Of a stretch of DNA of 64,000 bases, positions 32,121-41,477 are shown in pieces. Numbering within the stretch: the first letter of the stretch is position 1; each line of letters begins with the position of its first letter. The notes beneath the pieces are model-generated. The model worked only from the letters and a program-made list of their open reading frames with translations, was not told the DNA's origin and did not search any database. The position numbers and the translations under genes were made by a program. Source of the DNA: Limisphaerales bacterium (GTDB lineage: Bacteria > Verrucomicrobiota > Verrucomicrobiia > Limisphaerales > JAJOIW01). Where the stretch lies: positions 224,001 through 288,000 of the forward strand of contig CBFHOE010000007.1 in NCBI GenBank assembly GCA_965657355.1, written 5' to 3'.

Positions 32121-32171
32121 CTAGGCTTCGAATTTGCGGCCAAGAAGAAGGATTTGCGTCATTCCCAACAT
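32121..32171 (-). promoter_or_regulatory. Candidate leucine attenuator leader peptide ORF MLGMTQILLLGRKFEA*
   Basis: GAGGGG SD 7 nt before ATG; ATC-CTT-CTT-CTT codons; TCGAAGC inside the ORF is complementary to the terminator loop and arm. Confidence 0.6.
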
Positions 32172-32316
32172 CTAGTAGCCCCTCTATATTACTCATCTAT
32201 TTACAAATTTCCATGACAGTTTGAAAATTCTTACCCGTTGCCCATAAGGTAAGCAATTTATTACAAGAACACCAAAAATGCCATTTATTTGTAACTTTTC
32301 TGCAATTTTAAAGTAA

Positions 32317-33531
32317 TCAGTTTTCAGGAATATCGCGAAGAAACGGCCAAAAGGTGAAGGCGAAGCGACCGACGACATTGGATTGAGGAAAATCCCCCCA
32401 TGCTCGTGAATCGGAACTATTCATACTGTTGTCCCCCATTGCCATGACATGCTTGGGCCTGACTTGATATTCAGAGTTACCATTATAAAAATACGAGCTT
32501 AAGCCAAAGCCTGGATTGACTTGGCTATAGGTCTTGTTATTAACATGTCCACTGTATCTATCAGGGCGAGGGGGGATTGACGGATCGAATGAATATATTT
32601 TTTCGAAACCTTTATTTTCTTTGGTAAGCTTCTTGTCGTTTATATAGAGGTGCCGATTATCTCCAATCCGGACCTTTTCTCCGCCAAGAGCTACCAAGCG
32701 TTTGATGTAAAATTGATTCCCCCCCCTAATTCCTTTGATGCCAGCGGTCTTAAATACAATGATCTCGCCTCTTTTTGGGGTGCGGAAGTTGTAGCTCAGG
32801 CGGTCGACAAAGAGAAAATCGCCCCTGACCATGTTAAACTGAACGATGGGATCTCCCTTTTTGAAAACCTGTCTTTTTCCAAGGCTCATCGCTTGTTCTT
32901 GGAGCATGTCCAATAGGTAATCTCTCTGAGCTATTCCGTTGGCGTTTAGCAGAACGGGCGGTGGATTCCACATCGTATGTTTAACTCCCCCTATATAAAG
33001 GTCTCGTTTCTTTAAAATCCAGGGGATGACCGTTCGGACCTTACCAACAGATTCCAGAGCCCCATCATTTTTGGCTTTTAATTGATAGTAGGAAGTCCCC
33101 TTGATCGCGAAATCAAACACCCTGCCCAAAAAATTTGGAACATCCACATCAGGGTTAATCAATAAATTTTTTGCAACGTTCCCATAAAGAGTTGGCTGCA
33201 TGGACCCTGTCGGGATTTTAAATGGCTGAATAAAAAAAGACCTAACGGCCAAAGCAACCACGACAGCAACAAGGAATACCTCAATATTCTCTCTTTTTAT
33301 CGGATTGGCATATGGGATGAAGTTTTCGTTTGCGATTTGCTCGAACGTTTTCATTGCCTCAGGCAATTCTGAAGCCCTGCTTTTATCATCGATTATCTCT
33401 GAAAATTCATTCAGCCCATCCACCAGAGCTTGCTTTTTGGAAGATTCAAGCAAATCTGACTGGTGTCTGAGCAACTTCTTGACTTGGGACCTCATGTCTT
33501 TGGCCCGTCGGCGTTCTTTTGAGCCAAACAT
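32317..33531 (-). CDS. lepB: Signal peptidase I
   Basis: IPTGSMQPTL (Ser), YIKR (Lys), GDNSMNSSDSRAWG; downstream of lepA. Confidence 0.93.
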   Translation of the reverse strand: MFGSKERRRAKDMRSQVKKLLRHQSDLLESSKKQALVDGLNEFSEIIDDKSRASELPEAMKTFEQIANENFIPYANPIKRENIEVFLVAVVVALAVRSFFIQPFKIPTGSMQPTLYGNVAKNLLINPDVDVPNFLGRVFDFAIKGTSYYQLKAKNDGALESVGKVRTVIPWILKKRDLYIGGVKHTMWNPPPVLLNANGIAQRDYLLDMLQEQAMSLGKRQVFKKGDPIVQFNMVRGDFLFVDRLSYNFRTPKRGEIIVFKTAGIKGIRGGNQFYIKRLVALGGEKVRIGDNRHLYINDKKLTKENKGFEKIYSFDPSIPPRPDRYSGHVNNKTYSQVNPGFGLSSYFYNGNSEYQVRPKHVMAMGDNSMNSSDSRAWGDFPQSNVVGRFAFTFWPFLRDIPEN

Positions 33532-33600
33532 TATAATTTGAATATTAAAAGGTTCATGTTGTTCTTTAATTCAAAGACTTATATCTCATCAGTCTTAAAA

Positions 33601-35391
33601 TCAGGCTTTTAAGACTTTAATAAATGCCTCTTGCGGGATGCTGACAGATCCGACTGATTTCATCCTCTTTTTTCCCTCTTTTTGCTTCTCAAGAAGCTTT
33701 CTTTTACGTGTGATATCCCCGCCGTAACATTTTGCTGTGACATCCTTCCTCAATGCACTGAGCGTCTCACGGGCAATGATCTTTCCACCGATAGCTGCCT
33801 GGATAGCTATGGCAAATTGCTGCCTTGGGATAACCTCCCTCAGCTTAGCAGCCAGCGCACGGCCTCGAAACTCGGCTTTTGTTCTGTGAACAATAGATGA
33901 AAAAGCGTCGACTCTTTCGCCATTGACCAACATATCCATCTTTACCATGTCCGCCTGCACATAATCATCATGTTCGTAATCCATAGATCCATAGCCTTTG
34001 GTGATACTTTTGATCTTATCATGAAAATCGATGAGAATTTCATTAAGCGGGATCATGGCTGTCATCATAATCCTTCTTTCGTCAAAAGTCTCCGTATTGA
34101 GCACATCACCACGCTTGTCTGCAATCAAGGCCATCATGTCTCCGATGTTCTCATTAGGGCTCATCACAAAGCATTTGACCATAGGTTCCTCAACATACTC
34201 GATATTAGCGGGATCAGGCATGAAGGCGGGATTATCGACTTCGACTAATTCCCCATCTGTAAGAAACACTTTGTAAACAACGCTCGGATAGGTCGCTATA
34301 ATATCCATGTTGTATTCTCGACGAAGCCTTTCCTGAATTATTTCTAGATGTAATAAACCTAGAAATCCGCAGCGAAACCCAAAGCCCAAAGCGATGGAAC
34401 TTTCCGCTTGGTAGACAAAAGCAGCATCGTTTAGCTGCAATTTAGCCAAGCTTTGTTTGAGCTGTTCATAATCGGCCGTATTGATAGGGTATATTCCAGA
34501 AAAGACCATTGGATGAATTTCCTGGAAACCTGGAAGAGCTGGCGAAGGTTTTTTGGGGTGAGTTAAAGTATCCCCCACTTTGATATCTGCCGGGTTTTTA
34601 ACATTAGCCGTGATATACCCCGTTTCACCAGCACATAACCTATCACGTGAATAAGGTCCCGGATTAAAACTACCAACCTCTTTGATATCAATAAGTCTAT
34701 CCGTATGGATAAATTTGGCTTGCATTCCAGCCCGGATCTCACCGTTTACAACCCTGACAACACTTACAGCTCCGCGATAGGTATCAAAATAGGAGTCAAA
34801 GACGAGGACTTGTAAGCATTGGTCAGGATCGTGTTTCGGCGGCGGGATGCGCTCGACAACTCCTTCAAGAATTTCTTTAATTCCCAGACCTTCTTTTGCG
34901 CTCGCCATGATCGCTTCTTCACCTGGAATCGCCAAAATATCTTCGAGTTGTTGTTTTGCGAAAGGAATGTTGGCGTGAGGTAAATCGATTTTATTAATAA
35001 CTGGAATGATAGCCAGATCAAGCTGGATGGCCAGTTGGACATTGGCGACCGTTTGTGCTTCCACCCCTTGCGCCGCATCTATAATGAGAATGGCCCCTTC
35101 GCAAGCACTCAAGCTGCGGCTTACTTCATAAGAAAAATCAACGTGCCCGGGAGTGTCAATGAGGTTCAATTCATAAAGATTCCCATCATCCGCTTTATAC
35201 CCCATTGTAACCGGGTGTGCCTTGATCGTTATTCCTCGCTCTCGCTCGAGATCCATGGAATCCAAATGTTGCTCTTGCAACTCTCTGTCTTGGAGCGTCC
35301 CAGTATTTTGTAAGAGGCGATCCGACAATGTTGTCTTACCGTGATCAATGTGAGCAATAATGCAAAAATTTCTAATTCGATTGATGTCCAT
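33601..35391 (-). CDS. lepA: Elongation factor 4
   Basis: AHIDHGKTT, DTPGHVDF, NKID, KCYGGDITRKRKLLEKQKEGK. Confidence 0.98.
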   Translation of the reverse strand: MDINRIRNFCIIAHIDHGKTTLSDRLLQNTGTLQDRELQEQHLDSMDLERERGITIKAHPVTMGYKADDGNLYELNLIDTPGHVDFSYEVSRSLSACEGAILIIDAAQGVEAQTVANVQLAIQLDLAIIPVINKIDLPHANIPFAKQQLEDILAIPGEEAIMASAKEGLGIKEILEGVVERIPPPKHDPDQCLQVLVFDSYFDTYRGAVSVVRVVNGEIRAGMQAKFIHTDRLIDIKEVGSFNPGPYSRDRLCAGETGYITANVKNPADIKVGDTLTHPKKPSPALPGFQEIHPMVFSGIYPINTADYEQLKQSLAKLQLNDAAFVYQAESSIALGFGFRCGFLGLLHLEIIQERLRREYNMDIIATYPSVVYKVFLTDGELVEVDNPAFMPDPANIEYVEEPMVKCFVMSPNENIGDMMALIADKRGDVLNTETFDERRIMMTAMIPLNEILIDFHDKIKSITKGYGSMDYEHDDYVQADMVKMDMLVNGERVDAFSSIVHRTKAEFRGRALAAKLREVIPRQQFAIAIQAAIGGKIIARETLSALRKDVTAKCYGGDITRKRKLLEKQKEGKKRMKSVGSVSIPQEAFIKVLKA

Positions 35392-35504
35392 CTAGTTGTG
35401 TGACGCAGTATAAAATAATGACATTGGCGAAAATGGAAAGAAAATGACGATCCATTGAGAAATGAAATAGGCAACTTTTTTGAATGCCTTCTGTAATCGA
35501 CAGA

Positions 35505-36929
35505 CTAATTGACGCGTTTCGTCAATGCCAAGCCAGCTTTTAATATTTTGGAAACCTCTTCTTGGGAGGGAGCTTCTGCATAAATGCGCAAAACTGGCTC
35601 GGTACCAGAGCCCCTCAACATAAGCCAAGCACCATTTTTAGCTACCATTTTGACCCCATCGAACGTCTTTACCTCTTCAATGGGTGAACCTGCAAGTTTA
35701 GCCGGTGGGTTAGCAGCTGAAAATTCCATGAGTTCTTCGCGCTTTTCTAAGGGGAAATGACCATCTATCCGGTCATAATGATGGGGCCCATATTTCTTAG
35801 TAAGTCTTGCAAGGATTTGTTTAATCGATTTCTTTTCCATCGCAAGCATTTCGAGCAGCATCAAACCTGCTAGGATCCCATCTCTTTCAGGTATGTGCCC
35901 AAGGAAACCTATACCGCCGCTTTCTTCAGCCCCCAGGAGAACATCCCCTTTCATCATTTCAGTGCAAACATACTTAAAACCGACTCCCGTTTCGAGAAGT
36001 TCAAGACCGTAATCATCGCACATTTTGTCCACCATCGACGTGGTCGTCAATGCCTTGACGACTCTTCCTGTCTGGCCTCGGTTTTCAAACATGTGATGAA
36101 TGAGCATGCTGATGATTTGGTGCGTTGTGATATATTCGCCACGGCCATCCATGCCGCCGACACGGTCGGCATCCCCATCAGTGACTAGGCAGACATCATG
36201 GGGGTTCTTTTTTAAATAAGCTGCTGTGGGCCCGTAGTTTTGCTTGATTGGCTCGGGATTAATACCTCCAAAAATTGGATTATGTTCGCTATTTAACGTC
36301 GTGACCTTACAGGATGTACCCTCCAAAATATCATCAAAGCAACCAGCCCCTACCCCAAAAAGAGGATCATGAGCAAAACGGACACCTGATTTTGAAATCA
36401 GCTCAAAATCTACTAATTTTTTTTGAGCCTTGTACATCATTGGCTTGAGGTCCTTAATTTGAAGAAGCTTTTGTTTTTTTGCTTCAGTCAGGTGGATTTT
36501 TTTGACCTTAGATTTATCAATTTGTGCTTCAATACCTTTGCAAATCGCCGGTTCAGCGGACCCACCATAATGAGCCTTAATTTTGAAGCCATTGAAAATT
36601 GCTGGGTTATGACTGGCTGTGATCATGATACCTCCAACAGATTTAGACTGTTTTACAGCAAAAGAGACAGCCTGGGTCAGCGTAGGGCCATCGCTCAATA
36701 TGACCTTAAAACCATTGGCAGTAAGTATTTCAGCTGATACCGCAGCGAATTCATCAGACAAAAACCGACGGTCAAAACCAATGACAACCTGCTTCTTCGT
36801 CCCTTCAATGGGGTTTTTCTTCCAATAATTGGCACTGGCTTGCGCCACACGCTCAAGATTTTCAAATGTAAATTCGTCGGCAATGACCGCGCGCCATCCA
36901 TCTGTCCCAAACTTTATTTGTGTCTTCAT
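35505..36929 (-). CDS. Phosphoglucomutase/phosphomannomutase family protein
   Basis: FGTDGWR, TASHNP, DGDADR, EESGG, RGSGTEP. Confidence 0.93.
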   Translation of the reverse strand: MKTQIKFGTDGWRAVIADEFTFENLERVAQASANYWKKNPIEGTKKQVVIGFDRRFLSDEFAAVSAEILTANGFKVILSDGPTLTQAVSFAVKQSKSVGGIMITASHNPAIFNGFKIKAHYGGSAEPAICKGIEAQIDKSKVKKIHLTEAKKQKLLQIKDLKPMMYKAQKKLVDFELISKSGVRFAHDPLFGVGAGCFDDILEGTSCKVTTLNSEHNPIFGGINPEPIKQNYGPTAAYLKKNPHDVCLVTDGDADRVGGMDGRGEYITTHQIISMLIHHMFENRGQTGRVVKALTTTSMVDKMCDDYGLELLETGVGFKYVCTEMMKGDVLLGAEESGGIGFLGHIPERDGILAGLMLLEMLAMEKKSIKQILARLTKKYGPHHYDRIDGHFPLEKREELMEFSAANPPAKLAGSPIEEVKTFDGVKMVAKNGAWLMLRGSGTEPVLRIYAEAPSQEEVSKILKAGLALTKRVN

Positions 36930-37139
36930 TAATTTTTTGATGACAATATTCGTTTAGCTCACGCGTCGCGCTCACTATTTTATTTCTTTCCTCGCTCATC
37001 ATAATCCGATTCTTGATGAATTTTAATTCAAAACAATTGGTTTTTTCATTTTGCCAAAAATATCCAGTCACTTTACGTCGCCAAGTTTTTTGCTGAACTG
37101 GCACGCCTGTTCATGGGGCTAAAAAAATTGAGATTCGAA

Positions 37140-37167
37140 TTGACTAAGATATTGAATTTGGTATTTT
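37140..37167 (+). promoter_or_regulatory. Putative sigma70 promoter of rplM-rpsI
   Basis: TTGACT, 16-nt spacer ending in TGG, then TATTTT (extended -10), 23 nt before the rplM ATG. Confidence 0.45.
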
Positions 37168-37190
37168 TCGAGACTCTATTTGGAAAATTG

Positions 37191-37625
37191 ATGAAGACAT
37201 TCCTCCCGAAAGTTGAGCAAAGCGAGAGAAAGTGGCATTTAATAGACGCCGACGAACAGGTGTTAGGTCGTGTTGCCGTAAAGATAGCCGATATTTTACG
37301 TGGTAAAAACAAGCCAGAATACACCCCTCATATTGATACCGGTGATTTTGTCGTGGTCACCAATGCAGAAAAAATACGCCTTACAGGTCAAAAAGAAACC
37401 AATAAATTTTATATGACCTACTCCGGCTGGAGAAGCGGGGATAAATATAAATCTGTAGCTGAAGTCCGCGAAAAGCACCCAGAACGCCTATTAATGCAGG
37501 CTGTAAAAGGAATGCTTCCAAAAAACCGCCTCGGCTCTCAGATGATCAAAAAGCTGAAAGTGTATGTGGGACCTGACCATCCGCATTCCGCTCAGAACCC
37601 TGAACTACTCACAATATCTCAATAA
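37191..37625 (+). CDS. rplM: 50S ribosomal protein L13
   Basis: MKTF...WHLIDA...LGR...LRGKNKPEYTPHIDTGD...GMLPKNRLG; true start ATG 37191. Confidence 0.97.
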   Translation: MKTFLPKVEQSERKWHLIDADEQVLGRVAVKIADILRGKNKPEYTPHIDTGDFVVVTNAEKIRLTGQKETNKFYMTYSGWRSGDKYKSVAEVREKHPERLLMQAVKGMLPKNRLGSQMIKKLKVYVGPDHPHSAQNPELLTISQ

Positions 37626-37638
37626 TAATTTTTAAGTA

Positions 37639-38037
37639 ATGTCTGATACTGCAAACGAATTCTGGGGAACAGGAAGACGTAAAACTGCCGTCGCTCGCGT
37701 TCGCCTCTCACAAGGAGTTGGTAAAATTTCAGTTAATGGGAAATCCATTGATGACTATTTTACTACAGATCAAATGAAGAGCCACGCCGTCCGCCCGCTC
37801 GAATCACTCGATTTGAAGAACAAATTTGATTTACGAATAAACGTCTCAGGTGGCGGCCTGAATGGCCAATCCGGAGCCGTCAGCCACGGCATTGCTAGAG
37901 CCATTCTAAAATTTGACGAAAACCTAAGGCCACTCCTCAAAACCGAGGGTTACCTTACTCGTGACCCGAGAGCCAAAGAGCGTAAGAAATATGGTCAGCC
38001 GGGTGCCCGTAAGCGTTTCCAGTTCAGCAAACGTTAA
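37639..38037 (+). CDS. rpsI: 30S ribosomal protein S9
   Basis: GTGRRKTAVARV, GGG, ERKKYG...QFSKR. Confidence 0.98.
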   Translation: MSDTANEFWGTGRRKTAVARVRLSQGVGKISVNGKSIDDYFTTDQMKSHAVRPLESLDLKNKFDLRINVSGGGLNGQSGAVSHGIARAILKFDENLRPLLKTEGYLTRDPRAKERKKYGQPGARKRFQFSKR

Positions 38038-38061
38038 CCCGCTGTTTTCTATCAGGAATTT

Positions 38062-38097
38062 ACCCCGCAGAAGACAGGCTGCGGGGTTTTTTGTTTT
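38062..38097 (+). terminator. Rho-independent terminator after rpsI
   Basis: ACCCCGCAG-8nt-CTGCGGGGT followed by a T tract. Confidence 0.85.
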
Positions 38098-38170
38098 CCA
38101 CTATTATAGAATTGGGGCGGAAGATTTGTTTTTTGCCAAAATCAATCATAAAGCAACCCGATAAAAGGTT

Positions 38171-39238
38171 ATGAATTTACCCAAAGTGAAGGTTGGAATA
38201 GTTGGTGCCTCTGGATATTCCGGAGAGGAGCTTTTGCACCTCCTCCTCAGACACCCTGGTGTAGAGCTTTCAGTTGCGACATCCAGGCAATATTCAGGAC
38301 AAAAGCTGACTGAAGTTTTCCCCCGGTTCAGCCACTACCCCGGAAACAGTGGATTGAATTTTGTCGAACCTCACCCTGACGAGTTTGGACAGCACGCAGA
38401 TCTCTTCTTCTTAGCTCTGCCTCATGGCGTCGCTCATGAGTATGCAGGTTCCCTTCTCAGGCAAGGCAAGAAAGTCATCGATCTCAGCGCGGATTTTAGG
38501 CTGGATGACCCGCGAACATACGAGGAATTTTACGAACACAAACACCCCCTGCCAGAGCTTTTAGATGAAAGCGTTTATGGATTAACCGAGCTCAATAAGG
38601 AATTCATAAAGTCGGCCAGGCTTGTCGCCTCTCCGGGGTGCTACCCAACAAGCATTCTCATACCCACCACACCCCTGGTAGAGCGTGGATTGATCCATCC
38701 AGATTCTATAATCGCTGACTGCTTAAGCGGTGTGAGCGGAGCCGGAAAAAAAGCCTCCATTCCTTACCTTTATGTAGAGTGTAATGAAAGCCTCCGCCCA
38801 TATGGAATACCCAAGCACAGGCACCTATCTGAAATCGAACAAGAATTGTCAAAAGCTGCAAAGAAAAAAGTAACCATCCAATTTTCCCCTCACCTTGTTC
38901 CGGTAAATAGAGGCATTCTGACGACTTTATATGCGGCACCAAAGCAGGAACTAAGGTCCGAGTCGTCATTTGTTGAATTCGAAAAAAACCTCAATGATAC
39001 TTACTCGGATTACTATTCTGAATCAACTTTTGTAAGACACCTTAGCAATTCAGGTCTTCCAGATACAAAGAATGTAGTCGGCACAAATGTCATTGAGTTT
39101 GGTTGGAAACTCGATAGAAGGACTGGCCGACTTGTCCTAATGTCAGCAGAGGACAATCTAGTAAAAGGGGCTGCAGGGCAGGCAGTCCAATCATTCAATG
39201 TAATGAACGATTACCCAGAATCAACTGGATTAATATAG
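38171..39238 (+). CDS. argC: N-acetyl-gamma-glutamyl-phosphate reductase
   Basis: GASGYSG, DLSADFR, PGCYPT, SGVSGAG, DNLVKGAAGQA. Confidence 0.97.
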   Translation: MNLPKVKVGIVGASGYSGEELLHLLLRHPGVELSVATSRQYSGQKLTEVFPRFSHYPGNSGLNFVEPHPDEFGQHADLFFLALPHGVAHEYAGSLLRQGKKVIDLSADFRLDDPRTYEEFYEHKHPLPELLDESVYGLTELNKEFIKSARLVASPGCYPTSILIPTTPLVERGLIHPDSIIADCLSGVSGAGKKASIPYLYVECNESLRPYGIPKHRHLSEIEQELSKAAKKKVTIQFSPHLVPVNRGILTTLYAAPKQELRSESSFVEFEKNLNDTYSDYYSESTFVRHLSNSGLPDTKNVVGTNVIEFGWKLDRRTGRLVLMSAEDNLVKGAAGQAVQSFNVMNDYPESTGLI

Positions 39239-39284
39239 ACACTAACGAAGCTCACCAATTTGATACCTCATTCCGTTGAAAAAA

Positions 39285-40592
39285 ATGGCAAAGAAAAATT
39301 GGAAAATCATTCAAGGTTCTATCTGTGCCCCTTTAGGATTCAAAACAGGATCTGTTTTTTGCGACGTCAAAACACTAGGCACGGGAAAGGGATCTAACAA
39401 AGGCAAGAAAAGAGATCTGGCTGTCATTACCTCATCAAAGCCAGCCTCAGTAGCAGGGATGTTTACGACCAATCAGGTTGTCGCGGCACCGGTGACATTA
39501 AGCATACCAAGAGCCAATAAATCTCAGGCCCAAGCTGTGGTGGTTAATTCGGGTAATGCCAACGCATGCACGGGGTCGCAGGGATGGAAAGATGCCATCG
39601 AAATGGCAGAAATTACTGCTAAAAATCTAGCGATTGACAATCCAGAAGACGTCCTTGTTTGCTCAACCGGAAGGATAGGATTAACACTCCCCATGAACAA
39701 TGTTAGGGAAGGTATAGTTAAGGCATGCCAGAACCTGAAAGACTCAATCGATTCAGCAAACCTGAGTGCTAGAGCCATTTTAACGAGTGATACCCGACCA
39801 AAAGAAATAAGCATTGAACTGTCCCTTTCTGGAAAAAAAATTAAAATCGGAGGAATCACAAAAGGGGCTGGCATGATTCACCCCGGAATGAGTCCTACAG
39901 GGAAAAGACCGTATTCCCAACCTCTACACGCAACAATGCTTTGCTTTATTACAACGGACTGCAACATAGACTCCAATACTTGGAAAAAAGCCATAAGAGA
40001 AGCCGTCAGTTGTAGTTTTAACAAGATATCAGTCGACGGGGACATGAGCACTAATGATTCAGTCATCGGCCTTGCTAATGGCCTTGCTAGAAACACAAAA
40101 ATCACAAACCTCAACGGGAAATCAGGAAATGCTTTTTTGGAAGCATTGAAATTTGTTTGCCTGGAACTCGCCAAAATGATTGTAAAAGATGGCGAGGGTG
40201 TTACCAAACTCATCAAACTCAATATCCAGGGGGCTCAGTCGCATATTCAGGCCGATTTGGCAGCAAGAGCCATCGCAAACTCTGAATTAGTCAAGACATC
40301 TTGGTTTGGGGAGGATCCGAACTGGGGAAGAATTGCTCACGCCCTCGGTTATTCAGAAGCCAAAGTTGATGTTGATAAGTTAGATATTGGTTACTCAAAA
40401 ATCGATGCAAAGAGAATTTCATACGCTATCAAAGGCGGAACACCAACAAAAACCTCACTCGATACTCTCAGAAGAATTTGTCAGTTCGAAGCATTCGAAG
40501 TCCACTGTAATCTCAACCTAGGAAAAGGAAAAACCGACTTTTACACTTGTGATCTTTCCGAGGAATACGTCGATTTTAATAAAGGAGAATAA
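39285..40592 (+). CDS. argJ: Bifunctional ornithine acetyltransferase / N-acetylglutamate synthase
   Basis: NSGNANACTG, KGAGMIHP, ATML autocleavage site, DGDMSTND, DGEG, DPNWGRI; ORF open from 39276. Confidence 0.95.
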   Translation: MAKKNWKIIQGSICAPLGFKTGSVFCDVKTLGTGKGSNKGKKRDLAVITSSKPASVAGMFTTNQVVAAPVTLSIPRANKSQAQAVVVNSGNANACTGSQGWKDAIEMAEITAKNLAIDNPEDVLVCSTGRIGLTLPMNNVREGIVKACQNLKDSIDSANLSARAILTSDTRPKEISIELSLSGKKIKIGGITKGAGMIHPGMSPTGKRPYSQPLHATMLCFITTDCNIDSNTWKKAIREAVSCSFNKISVDGDMSTNDSVIGLANGLARNTKITNLNGKSGNAFLEALKFVCLELAKMIVKDGEGVTKLIKLNIQGAQSHIQADLAARAIANSELVKTSWFGEDPNWGRIAHALGYSEAKVDVDKLDIGYSKIDAKRISYAIKGGTPTKTSLDTLRRICQFEAFEVHCNLNLGKGKTDFYTCDLSEEYVDFNKGE

Positions 40593-40600
40593 TAAGATTC

Positions 40601-41476
40601 ATGGATACTTTAATTCAAAAAGCGTCAACACTTCTTGAAGCGCTTCCTTACATCCAAAATTTCAGAAACAAAACCTTTGTTGTTAAATATGGTGGGAGCT
40701 TCATGGATTCGCCAAACGCTGATATCAGGCAGGGGGTGGCAAGGGATGTTGTATTTTTGGAAACTGTCGGAATAAATCCAGTGGTTGTTCATGGTGGAGG
40801 TAAGGCAATTTCCAGAGCAATAAAGAATTCTGGTTATGAGATAAAATTTACCCAGGGAATGCGAGTCACGGATGAGAAAATGATTTCGATTGTCGACAGG
40901 GTGCTCTCAGATGAGATTAACCCGGAAATCGTTAAACACATCGAATCCAATGGTGGAAAAGCAAAAGGTATCAAAGGGAAAGATATCCTCACTTGCAAAA
41001 AATTAATACTGAAGGGGCCAGAGGGAGAAGATATAGACCCTGGTTTTGTTGGCATTGTCGTCGCAGTAAACACCGGCCCCCTAATAGAATGTATTACAAA
41101 TCACATAACGCCTGTTATCAGTCCGACAGCATTGGGCATTGATGGAAAAGTTTACAATTGTAACGCCGATGTAGCGGCAGCTCAAATTGCAAAGGCTATC
41201 ACTGCCAGCAGACTGGTATATATGTCTGATGTTGCTGGTTTACTGAATGACCCTAATGACCCGAACTCTCTAATCGAGCATTTGAGCATTAATGATGTAG
41301 ATAGACTCAAACGAAAAGGAATCATCTCAGATGGAATGATCCCAAAAATGGATAGCGCGGTGGAGGCAATAAAATCAGGTATAGAAAAAGTTGCCCTGGT
41401 AGACGGTAGACTCCCCCACTCTGTTCTTCTAGAGATATTTACTGACAAAGGAGTAGGAACGGAAATCACATTATAA
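40601..41476 (+). CDS. argB: Acetylglutamate kinase
   Basis: VVKYGGS, VHGGG, NCNAD, GMIPK. Confidence 0.96.
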   Translation: MDTLIQKASTLLEALPYIQNFRNKTFVVKYGGSFMDSPNADIRQGVARDVVFLETVGINPVVVHGGGKAISRAIKNSGYEIKFTQGMRVTDEKMISIVDRVLSDEINPEIVKHIESNGGKAKGIKGKDILTCKKLILKGPEGEDIDPGFVGIVVAVNTGPLIECITNHITPVISPTALGIDGKVYNCNADVAAAQIAKAITASRLVYMSDVAGLLNDPNDPNSLIEHLSINDVDRLKRKGIISDGMIPKMDSAVEAIKSGIEKVALVDGRLPHSVLLEIFTDKGVGTEITL

Positions 41477-41477
41477 G

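Noticed and set aside
32193..32378. 61-aa ORF downstream of lepB
   Set aside because: Overlaps the lepB end in another frame and crosses the AT-rich putative promoter region; no motif support
35229..37478. Short ORFs 35229-35474, 35392-35628, 36862-37104, 37073-37324 and 37296-37478
   Set aside because: They overlap lepA, pgm or rplM in other frames or strands and have no recognisable motifs
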